Shown piece by piece: positions 51,811 to 63,053 of a stretch of DNA of 64,000 bases (positions within the stretch are counted from its first letter, which is position 1; every line of letters starts with the position of its first letter). The notes under the pieces are model-generated. The model ran no database searches and was not told where the DNA came from. It worked only from the letters and a program-made list of their open reading frames with translations. The translations under genes and the position numbers were made by a program. Source of the DNA: Nitrospirota bacterium. GTDB taxonomy: Bacteria; Nitrospirota; JACRHJ01. Where the stretch lies: NCBI GenBank assembly GCA_963845245.1, contig CAWJRJ010000017.1:96001-160000 (forward strand), written 5' to 3'.

Positions 51811-52704
51811 TTACATGGATGGACTCCAGACTATCGTGCGGTTGCGTCCGGCGGCCTTGGCTGCATATAGCGCCTTGTCGGCGCGTTCTATCGTTTGTTC
51901 CACCGGGACTTCTGGGTCGAGAAGCGTAAGACCGAACGACACAGTAACCCCGATATTCCCTCCCTCGAAATCAACCTGGTTCCCGGATATACAGTCGCGC
52001 AGGCGCTCGATGGCCTCAAAGCCGCTATCGGGGTCCGTGTGCAGCATCGTGATTATGAACTCCTCGCCTCCGTAACGGAATATCCGGTCGTAGGGTCTTA
52101 GGTTTTCTAAGATGTTATATGTTACCGAAACCAGTACCTTGTCGCCTGCCGCATGGCCGAAGGTATCGTTTACCGCCTTGAAATGGTCAAGGTCCATCAT
52201 TGCGACGGAGCATGACTGGACGCCGCGTTTTACTAACTCCTGCAACTCACGCAATTTAGTCAGCATCCCTGTCCGGGTGTGCGCGTGGGTGAGAGAGTCC
52301 CGGTTGTAGAGCAGCTCTTCCAGTTCGCGCTTCATCGTTTGCAGTTGCAGTCGCATCGAGCAGAGGGAGTTGTTGAACTTTTCAAATTCTAAAATGTTGA
52401 TGGTAGTCCCGGAGCCTTCCAACTGGATGAGGTCTATGGCGTGCTGGTGCACGCGTTCGTGCTCCGTCCCAAGGGCGTTGAAGCCGGGATGGTCTTTGAG
52501 TTTTATCGAGGCGGTGCTGTAGTACCATTGTCCAAACAGGCATTCACGGTGAGCGTCCCTGCTGGCGTCGCGGCGGTCACAGGGCAGGTGGCAGATCAGT
52601 GTCCGGATGAGAGACTCGTGCCATTGGTTGTGGTTATATATTGCCTGATCGATCTGCGTCAGGAATGAGCGTAGTTCGTCTTGATCCAGGCGTAACATAG
52701 GCAT
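51811..52704 (-). CDS. CZB-GGDEF diguanylate cyclase (DgcZ-like)
   Basis: HNQW, CLFGQWY, HERVH zinc-binding motifs; GGEEF; RPYD I-site. Confidence 0.9.
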   Translation of the reverse strand: MPMLRLDQDELRSFLTQIDQAIYNHNQWHESLIRTLICHLPCDRRDASRDAHRECLFGQWYYSTASIKLKDHPGFNALGTEHERVHQHAIDLIQLEGSGTTINILEFEKFNNSLCSMRLQLQTMKRELEELLYNRDSLTHAHTRTGMLTKLRELQELVKRGVQSCSVAMMDLDHFKAVNDTFGHAAGDKVLVSVTYNILENLRPYDRIFRYGGEEFIITMLHTDPDSGFEAIERLRDCISGNQVDFEGGNIGVTVSFGLTLLDPEVPVEQTIERADKALYAAKAAGRNRTIVWSPSM

Positions 52705-52753
52705 AGACTCCTCTCAAATGTATAAGCTTCCAGGTCGATAACCCCCGTCGCCG

Positions 52754-55700
52754 TTATTTATCACATATGCCTTTCACCGACAAAAAGACGTCCACGATTT
52801 TCGGGTCGAAGTGAGTCCCCGCCTGCGATTTGATATGAACGCGCACTTCTTCTTCCGGGAGGGCCACGCGGTATGGACGGTCCGAGCGAAGCGCATCCCA
52901 TACGTCCACTACGGAGAATATTCTGGCTGCCAAGGGTATCTCTTCGCCCTTGAGTCCACGAGGATAACCGCTTCCGTCCCACTTTTCATGATGGCAGTAC
53001 GGGATATCCATGGCGGGGCGCAGGAACACTATTGGAGACAGGAGCTTGAAGGCAATATCAGGGTGTTTTTTTATGACGGCAAACTCATCATCCGTCAACT
53101 GTGCCTGGCTTCAGAAGTATGCCGTCCGGCACCCCCAGCTTTCCTATGTCGTGTAGCAGGGCACCGCGCCGCACATGGACCAGCTCTTCGTCGCTCATCC
53201 CGATGGCCTTGCATACCCTGACAGCCATTTCGGTAACCCGGATGCTGTGCCCCTCGGTCTCCTTGTCGCGGTAGTCGAGCGCCCGCGACCACCCCTCGAT
53301 GGTGGTGTCGTAGGCCGTAAGCAGTTCACTGTTCGAACGCTCCAGCTGCTCAAACAGTTCCGCGCTGTCCAATGCGATTGCGGCCTGGCCGGCCAGCGCC
53401 TCGGTAAACTCCAGCCATTCCATATCAGGGTCGAGCGGCGTGCGGTTGAATATCTCAAGTACACCCTTGACCTGCCCTTTGGCAATGAGCGGCACACCGA
53501 TGTAGGCTTTGAAACCCTCCTCCTCGATAAGATGCCACGGGATGATATCATCATGGTTATTGTCAATCGACGGTATAGCGATAGTTTTGCGTTCCATCGC
53601 CACACGGCCTGCGTATCCCTGTCCGAACCGTATTCTGGACAGGGTAATCCGCTTCTTGTGAAAACCATGGCCCATGGCGTATTCTAGCATCTGGTCGTGC
53701 GGGTTGAACAGCAGCACGCAGGCGGCGTCTACGTGCAATTGCTTCATGGTCTGTTCCAACAGTACATTCAGGGTAACGTGCAGGTCCAGGCTTCCTAAAA
53801 TGGCGGTATCAATCTGCCGCAGTGCGGCAAGTTTCTCAATGTCGCGCTTGACCTTGTCTTCCGACAGTATCCGATCCGTTATGTCGCGGATGTTGCACTG
53901 GATCAATCGGGCCCTGTCAACCAGATATATATCCGTATGAAGAATCTGCCCGTCCCGGGTATTGGTCAGCACATCTTCGTAGTCTATCAGCCCGGTCTTG
54001 ATCAACTCCAGGATGGTCTCGTTAAAATCCTTAATATGTGTCAAAATGCCGGCATCCTGAACTTTCTTCCCAATTAATTCTTCGCTTGAATAGCCCAGCA
54101 TTTCTGTTACGGATTTATTGACTTCAATTATTTCACCTGTCTGTTTGTTTAACAGCAACAGTCCATCCTTCGCGGTTTCAAAGAGCCGCTTGAAGCCTTC
54201 CGCCGACTCCTTAAGTTCTTCTTCGATAAGTATTCGCTCTGTGACATCCTCTATCGCAAGCAGAAGCAATTTATTGTCGATCTCTTCCGTGAGGACCTGG
54301 CGGGCATTGAGAAGCATTATCTTTCGTCCGATGGATGGAAATATGTGGTCGATCTGATAGCCGTCGAACTTGGTGTCTTTTGGGATAATTTCTTCAAGCA
54401 ATGTACGTAGACCGGGAATATCCCATTGACGGTTACCGAGGCTATAGATAAGGTTGCCTATCGTTTCCTCCGGTGTTACCTTGAATGAATCATAGAAACT
54501 AAGGTTGGCTTTGACGACTCTCAGATCTGAATCCAGCACCAGCAGGGGTTCGCGGACGGTGTTTATGATGCTCTCGGCGTATTCGCGGGCTTTGTCTTCT
54601 GATATTTTAGTAACTTCCAGTTCCTTGCGGGTTCTTTCCAGCCCATTTTCTATCTCCCTGCGTTCGGTGACGTCCTCGATGGCAAGGAGGATCAGTTGGG
54701 TACCGATTTCTTGTTGAGTGACCCGGCGGGCATTGAGCAACATGATCTTGTGCCCGATGTTTGAAAATTCATGCTCAACTTCATAGTCATCGAACTTGTT
54801 GTCTTTGGGCAGGATCTCTTCCAGCAACGTCCGAAGTTTAGGTATATCCCATTGCCGGTTTCCAAGGTCGTAGATAAGGTTGCCTATCGTTTCCTCCGGC
54901 GTGACTTTGAAGGAAACATAGAAACTACGGTTGGCGGAGAGAACCCTCAGGTCTGAATTCAGCACCAAAAGAGGTTCACGTACTGTTTCTATTATATCTT
55001 CATTGGCTCTGGTTGCCGCCTCCGCCTCAAATTGTGCCTTCTCGGCGTCGCGTGTCCGTTCCGCCAGTTCGTGTTGCAGCCTCATCTTTTCAGTGATGTC
55101 TTCGATAGCCAGGAGGATGATCCGCTCTTTTCCCAGCACTCTATGAATTTGACGGGCATTCAAGAGCATTGTGCGCCTGCCGATGGTGGCAAAATCGTGT
55201 TCAACCTTATAGTTATCAAAGGTTGCCTTTTGGGGAAGGATGGTTCCCAGCAGTTCTCGTAGCTTGGGGATATCCCACTGTTTATTCCCAAGGTCATAGA
55301 TAAGTTGTCCCACAGTCTCTTCAGGTTTTACCTTAAAGACTACGTAGAAGGATCGACTGGCGGTGACTACTCTTAAATCCTGGTCCAGGGCAATTAAGGG
55401 TTCGCGCACGGTGTTGATGATGCTCTCAGCGTATTCGCGGGCTTCATCTTCGGATATCTTGGTTATTACCAGTTCTTTGCGGGCTTTTTCAAGCCCGTTT
55501 TCTATCTCCCTGCGTTCGGTTATATCCTCGATGGCAAGGAGGATAAGCTGGTAACCTATCTCTTGTTGAGTGACCCGGCGGGCATTGAGCAGCATGATTT
55601 TGTGCCCGATGTTTGAAAATTCATGCTCAACTTCATAGTCGTCGAACTTGTTGTCTTTGGGCAGGATCTCTTCCAGTAACGTTCGAAGTTTGGGAATATC

Positions 55701-56051
55701 CCATTGCCGGTTTCCGAGGTCATATATAAGCTTGCCTATAGTTTCCTGAGGCGTGACCTTGAATGAAACATAGAAACTGCGGTTAGCTGAGATTATCTTA
55801 AGGGCGGAATCAAGCACAAGAAGAGGTTCGCGCACGGTATCAATAATGTTCTCGGCGTACGTGGCGGCAGCTTCCAGATTATGTTCCAGCTTTTTACTTG
55901 CAACACCCGTAGATTCCGCAAGTTCATTTTGCCGCACAGCGGAAAGCATCAGCTCCTGGTTCATCGCGGCGGTCTGCTGGTGGAGCCTCTGCTCTTTGGT
56001 TTTGTTGTCTTTTTTCAATTTAGTGATTATATCGTTACATAGTTTTAGCAT
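52754..56051 (-). CDS. Multi-PAS-GAF-HD-GYP phosphodiesterase (frameshift near 53100)
   Basis: Five PAS domains, GAF, ETEGHS.RV, LLHDIGK; next frame HHEKWDGSGYP. Confidence 0.88.
54550..55790. repeat. Intragenic duplication of PAS modules (~54550-54940 vs ~55400-55790, offset 852)
   Basis: Long near-identical DNA tracts encoding RQWDIPKLRTLLEEILPKDNKFDDYEVEHEFSNIGHKIMLLNARRVTQQEIG twice. Confidence 0.9.
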
Positions 56052-56157
56052 GAACCTAAGTATAGATATATGATATCATAATTTTTAATAAGTATGATGG
56101 AGATGCGGTCGAGGTATCGGATCAGGGGAACACAAAAGGGGGGCACGGAAAACAAAA

Positions 56158-56182
56158 GAGGTTGCAGAAACCCTGCAACCTC
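56158..56182 (-). terminator. Terminator of tRNA-Glu
   Basis: gaggttgcag-aaacc-ctgcaacctc with a T tract on the minus strand. Confidence 0.8.
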
Positions 56183-56199
56183 CTCATCCTGCATATAAA

Positions 56200-56277
56200 T
56201 GGCGTCCCCTGGGGGATTTGAACCCCCGTCGCCGCCGTGAAAGGGCGGTGTCCTGGGCCAGGCTAGACGAAGGGGAC
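56200..56277 (-). tRNA. tRNA-Glu(UUC)
   Basis: GTCCCCTTCGTCTAGCCTGGCCCAGGACA-CCGCC-CT-TTC-AC-GGCGG...GTTCAAATC...CCA. Confidence 0.96.
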
Positions 56278-56293
56278 GCGTTTAGAGTTGTTA

Positions 56294-56323
56294 ACTATAC
56301 AAAAATAGGACCCCGCCTGTCAA
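56294..56323 (-). promoter_or_regulatory. Sigma70 promoter of tRNA-Glu
   Basis: TTGACA-18 nt-TATAGT on the minus strand. Confidence 0.65.
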
Positions 56324-56492
56324 GGCAATTTTTCTAAAATACCTTTTTTCGCTGGACATAGCCCCCAATTCAAATTATAATAATATTTCGCTTCAACCCC
56401 CCAGAAAATCAGTAGAATATACTTGAAAGGCAACCCGGAACAAAGCCAACCCCGGACAGGCCGTCGATGCATAGAGAGGAACCATCTTACTT

Positions 56493-58397
56493 ATGAAAAC
56501 AATATTCAGCACATGGGGCACGGGCGGCACACTCTCGGGCGCGCCGCCTCCGCTGCCGCAGGAGCTTCCCATCAGGGCCTTGATGGGATGGGACGGCCTG
56601 ATAATCAACGACGAGACCGTGGACATCGTGGACATGACCAGGGAGTTTGCCTCCCATTTCAGGGCGGAGTCGTGCGGCCAGTGCTTTCCGTGCCGCATGG
56701 GTTCCGAGGAGATAGCGTCGATACTTGACAGGATTTGCGACGGACGAGGGGTAGATGCGGACATCGTCAGGCTTGAAGACCTGGCCGAATACGTGCATGA
56801 GTCCGCGCGCTGCGACATAGGCCTTACCTCGCCGCACCCCATACTCGACGCCCTCAGAAGCTACTGCAACAAGTTCATCGATGCTGTAAAAAACGCAAAG
56901 CCCATACCGCGCGGCGAATATGAAGTACAGATAACCGCGCCCTGCGTAAGCGCCTGCCCTGACCGGCTGGACATACCCGGCTATGTCGAAAAGATCGGCA
57001 TGGACCAGTGGGAAGACGCCATAAAGATTGTACGCGAGACATGCTGCATGCCTGGCACTATCGGCCGTGTCTGCGTAAGGGACTGTGAGTTCAAGTGCAA
57101 GCGCGGCTCCGTCGACGAGCCGATTGCCATAAAGCACCTGAAGCGGTTTGCCGCGGACAAAGATGTAGCCGCAGGCAACCTTGCCGATACCGCTCCGCCG
57201 GCAAAAGGCGCAAGGGTGGCAATAATAGGCGCTGGCCCGGCAGGGCTTTCGTGCGCATACTACCTGGGCCTTCAGGGATATCGTTCGACGATATTCGAGG
57301 CGTTACCGGAGCCCGGAGGCATGGCCGCCGTCGGCATCCCGGACTACCGCCTGCCTAGACAGGTACTTAGGGACGAGGCTGCCCGGGTCGAGGCCGTAGG
57401 GGCCGAGATACGCTATGGCGTGAAGGTCGGAACGGACATAACGATAAAAGACATGTTGGAGAAAGAGGGATACGCCGCAGTCTTCATCGGAGCGGGCGCG
57501 CCCAACTCCTCGGCTATGGGTTGTGAGGGTGAGGATGCCGGGTATTCCGGCTATCTGCCGGGCGTGGATTTCCTTCGCCGCGTCGCCTTGGGCGACAAAC
57601 CGCTTTCGGGCAAGACGATGCTCGTTATAGGCGGCGGCAACGTGGCGATGGACTGCGTGCGCACCGCCCGCAGGCTCGGCTTTTCGGATGTGAACCTGCT
57701 GTACCGGCGTACCGAGAAGGAGATGCCCGCCGACCGCGTCGAGATAGCCGAGTCCAAGGAGGAAGGGGTCGTGTTCCATACCCTTATCTCTCCTCTCCGC
57801 ATCATCGCCGAAGACGGCAAGGTCACGGGGCTTGAGTGCGTACGCATGACGCTCGGCGCGCCCGACGTATCCGGCCGCCGCAAGCCGGTGCCGCAGGAAG
57901 GCTCTAACTTCGTAATGCACTGCGATGCCATAGTACCCGCGATAGGGCAGTCATGCGAGGTGGACACGTTCGCGCCGGAGGGCCTGAAGGTCAACCAATG
58001 GCGCACTCTGGTCACAAATCCCATCACCATGCGCACATCTATCCCGAACATTTTCGGCGGGGGCGACTGCGTTTCCGGACCAAGCACGCTTGTGTCAGCC
58101 CTGGCAGCCGGCCGCAGGGCCGCGCATTCGATAGTACAATACCTGGAAACGGGCGACTGTACCCCGGAAGGCTCGGACTGGCTAGACAGCGCGGTCTCCG
58201 CGCTCAGCAAGACCGGCCACGCGGACTATGCCCCGTTCACCGTTTTGACGCACCGCATCCACCCGCCGGTCGTGGACCCGCACACGCGGACCAATGACTT
58301 CTCGGAAGTGGAGGGAGGTCTTTCTCCCTCACAGGCCAGGAAAGAGGCAGGCCGCTGTCTGCGCTGCTACCGTATAGCCCTGGCTATACTGAAATGA
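56493..58397 (+). CDS. NuoF-type 4Fe-4S domain fused to GltD-like NADPH flavoprotein (SfrB/FdhB-like beta subunit)
   Basis: ESCGQCFPCRMG...CDIG; PCVSACP; GRVC; GAGPAG; GGGNVA; YRR; RCLRC. Confidence 0.85.
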   Translation: MKTIFSTWGTGGTLSGAPPPLPQELPIRALMGWDGLIINDETVDIVDMTREFASHFRAESCGQCFPCRMGSEEIASILDRICDGRGVDADIVRLEDLAEYVHESARCDIGLTSPHPILDALRSYCNKFIDAVKNAKPIPRGEYEVQITAPCVSACPDRLDIPGYVEKIGMDQWEDAIKIVRETCCMPGTIGRVCVRDCEFKCKRGSVDEPIAIKHLKRFAADKDVAAGNLADTAPPAKGARVAIIGAGPAGLSCAYYLGLQGYRSTIFEALPEPGGMAAVGIPDYRLPRQVLRDEAARVEAVGAEIRYGVKVGTDITIKDMLEKEGYAAVFIGAGAPNSSAMGCEGEDAGYSGYLPGVDFLRRVALGDKPLSGKTMLVIGGGNVAMDCVRTARRLGFSDVNLLYRRTEKEMPADRVEIAESKEEGVVFHTLISPLRIIAEDGKVTGLECVRMTLGAPDVSGRRKPVPQEGSNFVMHCDAIVPAIGQSCEVDTFAPEGLKVNQWRTLVTNPITMRTSIPNIFGGGDCVSGPSTLVSALAAGRRAAHSIVQYLETGDCTPEGSDWLDSAVSALSKTGHADYAPFTVLTHRIHPPVVDPHTRTNDFSEVEGGLSPSQARKEAGRCLRCYRIALAILK

Positions 58398-61120
58398 ATG
58401 GAGGAGTGATGCAGCTCAAAATGATGCTTGACGGCGGGTGGGTTTCTTTCACCCCCGGCCAGACGATATTGGAAGTGGCCCAGGCCGCGGGCGTGCACAT
58501 ACCCACGCTCTGTTACTATAAAGAAGCGGACCACAAGGACATCTGCCGCATCTGCGTGGTGGAGGTCGAGGGCTCGGAGAGGCTGGTCCCCTCGTGCAGC
58601 ACGCCTGCGCGTGAGGGCATGGAGGTATGGACCAATACGGAACGGGTCATGCTGTCCCGCCGCAAGACTATAGATATGCTCCTTGCCTCGGGCAGACACG
58701 GCTGTTTCACGTGCGACGCTAACAGCGACTGCCGCCTGCAGGACCTGGCATACGCCCACGGTGCAACCATAGCCGAGTCCCTGCCGCCGTCTGATATGTT
58801 CCCCCAAGCATACGACGACCCGTTCATCTATCGCGACTACAGCAAGTGCATCCTGTGCGGACGGTGCTATGCCGCGTGCAACGAAGTACAGGTATACGGC
58901 GCGATAAAAAACCCGTTCGGTCGCCGTGAGGACCACCCCGGTCCGGAGGGCTGGTATCCGCTTCCGGACAAGGAAAAGTGCATGGTCTGCGGCCAGTGCA
59001 TCGACGCCTGTCCGGTGGGTGCGCTCGTCGAAAAGAACGCACGCGGCGCTGGACGCCGGTGGGAAACGGAAAAGACCTCCACGACCTGCACGTACTGCGG
59101 GGTGGGCTGCAACATAGAGTTGAACACGAAGGACGGACGGGTGGTGAAAGTAACCTCGGGCTCGGGCGTCGGAGTCAACGACGGTAGCCTTTGCGTGAAG
59201 GGGCGGTTCGGGTACGACTTTGTCAACAGCCCCGAAAGGCTCAAGAAGCCGCTCATCAGGACAAGCCCAAAGGATGCCGAAGTACCGACATTCCGCAAGG
59301 CGAGCTGGGAAGAGGCGCTTGGCCTGATAGCAGAAAAGTTCAATGCCGCGAGGGCAGACAACCCGGACAGCTTCGGCGCGTTCTCATCCGCCCGCTGCAC
59401 GAACGAGGAAAACTACACCTTCCAGAAGTTCGCCAGGGCGGTGATGGGTACCAATAACGTCGACCACTGTGCGAGGCTATGCCACTCATCCACCGTCTCA
59501 GGGCTCGCGATGTCTTTCGGGTCCGGAGCGATGACCAACAGCATTGCAGACCTGGCCAAAGATGCCGACGTCTACTTTATTATAGGTTCTAATACGACCG
59601 AGGCACATCCGGTCATAGCCATGAAGCTCAAGCAGGCCGTCAGGCACAGGGACGCAAAAATCATAGTGGCCGACCCGCGCAGGATAGACATGGTGGACCA
59701 CTCGGTCCTCTGGGTGCGTCAAAAGCCAGGCACGGATGTCGCGCTGTTGAACGGTATAATGCACGTGATCGCGCATGAGAAACAAGGCGAGAACAAGAAG
59801 TTCATCAAGGATAGGACCGAGAACTACGACGAGTTCTTCCAGGCGATAAAGGATTTCACGCCAGAGGAAGCCTCAAGGATAACGGGTGTCTCCGCTGCCG
59901 ACATACGCAAGGTAGCGGATATGATTATGGGCGCAAAGGCGATGAGCATCGTTTACTCGATGGGCATCACACAGCACACGACAGGCGTCGACAACGTGCT
60001 CTCCGTCGCGAACCTCGCGATGTTGACCGGCAATATAGGACGACCCGGCGCGGGCGTGAACCCCCTCCGTGGACAGAACAACGTCCAGGGCGGGTGTGAC
60101 ATGGGCGCGCTCCCCGGAGACCTGCCCGGCTACCAGAAGGTCTGGGACGAAAATGCGAGGGTGAAGTTCGAGAAGGCCTGGGGAGTGACATTAAAGGACA
60201 AGGCCGGCTTCACCGTCACCGAGATGATGGACGAGATCTACGCGAAGCGGATAAAGACACTTTACATAATGGGCGAGAACCCGGTGCTCTCAGACCCGGA
60301 CGGCAACCACGTCAAGAAGGCGCTCGCGAAGCTCGACTTCATGGTGGTGCAGGACATTTTCATGACCGAGACGGCGCAGTATGCGGACGTTATCCTGCCC
60401 GCGTCGTCATGGGCCGAGAAGGATGGCACTTTCACGAACACGGAGAGGCGTGTCCAACTCGTCCGGGCGGCCATACCGCCGGTCGGCGAGTCAAAGCCCG
60501 ATTGGAAGATAATATCGATGATAGCCGAGGCCATGGGCGTTGACGGGTTTAACTTCAGGTCAGCCAGAGGAATCTTTAACGAGATGGCGCCGCTCACCCC
60601 GCAGTACAAGGGCATGAGCTACAAGCGCCTTGAGGCCGAGGGCGGACTTTGCTGGCCGTGCACATCGCCCAAGCATCCCGGCACTCCGATACTGCACACC
60701 GAGAAGTTTACGAGGGGGCTGGGCAAGTTCCATGCAGTTGCATACAGGGCCCCGGCCGAGAACCCGGACGCAGAGTACCCGTTCCTGCTGACGACCGGCC
60801 GCATCCTCCAGCATTACCACACCGGGACTATGACGAGGAAGGTCGCGGGTTTGAACCACATAGTGCCTGAGGCGCTCATGGAGCTTAACCCGGCGGATGC
60901 CGAGGCGTTGGGCATCAAGGACCGCGAGATGGTCAAGGTGTCCTCCCGCAGGGGTGAGATAATCATCCGCACCAAGGTGACGTTCAAGGTGGCTAAGGGT
61001 GAGGTGTTTATTCCGTTCCACTTCGTAGAGGCCTCGGCGAACGTCCTGACGGCGGCCAACCTCGACCCTATCTCCAAGATACCGGAGTTCAAGGTAAGCG
61101 CGGTAAAAATCACCAAGTAA
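58394..61120 (+). CDS. fdhA: Formate dehydrogenase alpha subunit (Mo/W-bisPGD, Cys form) with N-terminal Fe-S domains; start uncertain
   Basis: IPTLC..CRICVV, CTYCGVGC, LCVKGRFG, DHCARLCH, LRGQNNVQG, PEFK. Confidence 0.88.
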   Translation: MNGGVMQLKMMLDGGWVSFTPGQTILEVAQAAGVHIPTLCYYKEADHKDICRICVVEVEGSERLVPSCSTPAREGMEVWTNTERVMLSRRKTIDMLLASGRHGCFTCDANSDCRLQDLAYAHGATIAESLPPSDMFPQAYDDPFIYRDYSKCILCGRCYAACNEVQVYGAIKNPFGRREDHPGPEGWYPLPDKEKCMVCGQCIDACPVGALVEKNARGAGRRWETEKTSTTCTYCGVGCNIELNTKDGRVVKVTSGSGVGVNDGSLCVKGRFGYDFVNSPERLKKPLIRTSPKDAEVPTFRKASWEEALGLIAEKFNAARADNPDSFGAFSSARCTNEENYTFQKFARAVMGTNNVDHCARLCHSSTVSGLAMSFGSGAMTNSIADLAKDADVYFIIGSNTTEAHPVIAMKLKQAVRHRDAKIIVADPRRIDMVDHSVLWVRQKPGTDVALLNGIMHVIAHEKQGENKKFIKDRTENYDEFFQAIKDFTPEEASRITGVSAADIRKVADMIMGAKAMSIVYSMGITQHTTGVDNVLSVANLAMLTGNIGRPGAGVNPLRGQNNVQGGCDMGALPGDLPGYQKVWDENARVKFEKAWGVTLKDKAGFTVTEMMDEIYAKRIKTLYIMGENPVLSDPDGNHVKKALAKLDFMVVQDIFMTETAQYADVILPASSWAEKDGTFTNTERRVQLVRAAIPPVGESKPDWKIISMIAEAMGVDGFNFRSARGIFNEMAPLTPQYKGMSYKRLEAEGGLCWPCTSPKHPGTPILHTEKFTRGLGKFHAVAYRAPAENPDAEYPFLLTTGRILQHYHTGTMTRKVAGLNHIVPEALMELNPADAEALGIKDREMVKVSSRRGEIIIRTKVTFKVAKGEVFIPFHFVEASANVLTAANLDPISKIPEFKVSAVKITK

Positions 61121-61149
61121 CCAAAGGCTACTATAATTGATATGAAAAT

Positions 61150-61174
61150 AAGAGGCTGAACGGCCTCTTTTTTT
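61150..61174 (+). terminator. Intrinsic terminator after fdhA
   Basis: aagagg-ctgaacgg-cctctt-ttttt. Confidence 0.75.
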
Positions 61175-61238
61175 CGTGTATTCCAGATTAATTCATTTTC
61201 CTTTTGCTTTTTGCTCCGCCAGTCCCTAGAATCAGATT

Positions 61239-62060
61239 ATGGAACCGCTTGACTCCCGAATAAACAGGGCAATGGCCGCCGGGCCGGACGCGATAGGCCC
61301 GATGCTTCGGGACCCGTCCGACAAGGTCATACTCGCCCTAATAGACAACCCGCACATAACCGAGGACCAGCTCCTGATACTTGCAAAGAGGCGTGACCTC
61401 CCCGGAGAGATACTTGGCATATTGTCGGCCCGGAAGTTCTCCGCCGAGGGCTACAGGGTGAAGCTTGCCCTGGTGAACAACCCGAAGACGCCCAGACGCA
61501 CAGCCCTTTCGATTGTGCGCGGCCTTGCATTCAGGGATATGGCGTTCGTTACAAGGAACAAGATGCTGCCCACCGAGCTTCGGCAGGCGGCGGAGGGGAT
61601 CCTGAAGGAGAAGATACCTTCGCTGCCAATGGGGATAAAGGTGACGCTGTCCCGTCAGGTGTCGGAAGATGTCCTGAAGGAGATGCTGAAAGACGGCACG
61701 CCGCAGTTGATCAGGGCATGTTTTGATAACACGCTGATGAGGGAGTCGGTGCTTGTCTGGGCTCTCAACCACGAGACGGTCCCGGCGGCTGTGATCGAGT
61801 TTATAGCGACAAGCCCAAAGTGGTCCGCGCCACCTAACGTGAAGTACGCGCTGGTGAGGAACAGGAACACGCCGATAGGGGATGCGATAAGGTTTGCCCG
61901 GGGTATGAAGTCCCAGGACCAGAGGATGCTCTACAACGACCCGACTGTGCCTGTGAACGTCAAGGTTCAGATAGAGATCGAGCTTGAGAAGAAAGGCCAG
62001 CCGCTCTCGCCACCGTCAGAGTCCGGCAGGATAATCGGCATACCGGACGAGGAAGGTTGA
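61239..62060 (+). CDS. Hypothetical helical-repeat protein (LRV/DUF2336-like)
   Basis: Repeated AL..NP motifs (ALIDNP, ALVNNPKTP, ALVRNRNTP). Confidence 0.6.
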   Translation: MEPLDSRINRAMAAGPDAIGPMLRDPSDKVILALIDNPHITEDQLLILAKRRDLPGEILGILSARKFSAEGYRVKLALVNNPKTPRRTALSIVRGLAFRDMAFVTRNKMLPTELRQAAEGILKEKIPSLPMGIKVTLSRQVSEDVLKEMLKDGTPQLIRACFDNTLMRESVLVWALNHETVPAAVIEFIATSPKWSAPPNVKYALVRNRNTPIGDAIRFARGMKSQDQRMLYNDPTVPVNVKVQIEIELEKKGQPLSPPSESGRIIGIPDEEG

Positions 62061-62094
62061 CCACAGTTGCTCCGGAGCGTCCGAGGTCGATATG

Positions 62095-62305
62095 TTAATC
62101 CTGAACCGTATACCCAGCCTCTTTCACAGCATCCGCCATCTTCGACTTTGTCCACCTTTGATTCATCAAAAGTAACGTCGGCGGATTTTCCCGCGAGATC
62201 TACCCTTACATCTGCGACACCGTCGAGTTCCTTGAGCGCATTTCCCACATGCATTACGCAGTGGTTGCATGTCATCCCTGATACATTCAGTTTAATAGTT
62301 TTCAT
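62095..62305 (-). CDS. copZ: CopZ-like heavy-metal chaperone (frameshift near 62147)
   Basis: GMTCNHC; a shift restores the typical end AVKEAGYTVQD. Confidence 0.85.
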
Positions 62306-62315
62306 GATACCTTTC

Positions 62316-63053
62316 CTAGATTTTGCCTAACGGCAGATAGTCCATCAGCGTGTTTGATATTGCGCCGAACTGGCCGAGGAACATCAGTAACCCGACGGAT
62401 ATAAGAAGCAGGGCGGTCGCGACCTCGATGAACTTGAAGTGGCGCTTTACCTTGTTGAAAAGCGGCAGGAAGAAGTTTATGGCAATGGACGTCAGGAGGA
62501 ACGGAAGCGCAAGGCCCGCCGTATACAACGAGAGAAGCCTTATCGCAGTCCACTGGCTGTCGGCCGTGAGCCCCATACCGATGATGGACGCCAGGATCGG
62601 CCCGACGCAAGGCGTCCAGCCGGCCGAGAATGCTATGCCGATGAAGAACGAGCCTACATACCCGGCGCGTATGTTCCTTATCCTGGCCCGCTTCTCCCTG
62701 TACATCCATTTCATCTTGAACACGCCCAGGAAGTGCAGGCCGAACATGAATATTACGAAGCCGCCGACCTTGCCTATAAGGTCCCTGTGGGTCCTGAGAG
62801 CGGTGCTTATAAGCGTCGTCCCGGCGCCGAAGACGAAGATGAAGATAAAGGCGAATCCCAGGATGAAAAAGATGGTGTTCAGTATGACTCGCCTCTTGGC
62901 AGAGCCGTGCAGTTCCTTCGAATATTCCTCGATGGACATGCCGGTGATATAGGAGAGGTACGCAGGGATAAGCGGCAGCACGCAGGGCGAGAAAAAGGAG
63001 AGGAGCCCTGCGCTGAAGGCCACGAAGTAGGTAATGTCGTTATGTTCGAACAT
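62316..63053 (-). CDS. ccdA: Cytochrome c biogenesis / disulfide transfer protein CcdA
   Basis: AGLLSFFSPCVLPLIP and GWTPCVGPIL; true start MFEHND. Confidence 0.92.
   Translation of the reverse strand: MFEHNDITYFVAFSAGLLSFFSPCVLPLIPAYLSYITGMSIEEYSKELHGSAKRRVILNTIFFILGFAFIFIFVFGAGTTLISTALRTHRDLIGKVGGFVIFMFGLHFLGVFKMKWMYREKRARIRNIRAGYVGSFFIGIAFSAGWTPCVGPILASIIGMGLTADSQWTAIRLLSLYTAGLALPFLLTSIAINFFLPLFNKVKRHFKFIEVATALLLISVGLLMFLGQFGAISNTLMDYLPLGKI

Noticed and set aside
59461..59490. Selenocysteine in FdhA
   Set aside because: The active-site codon is TGC (CARLCH); there is no in-frame TGA.
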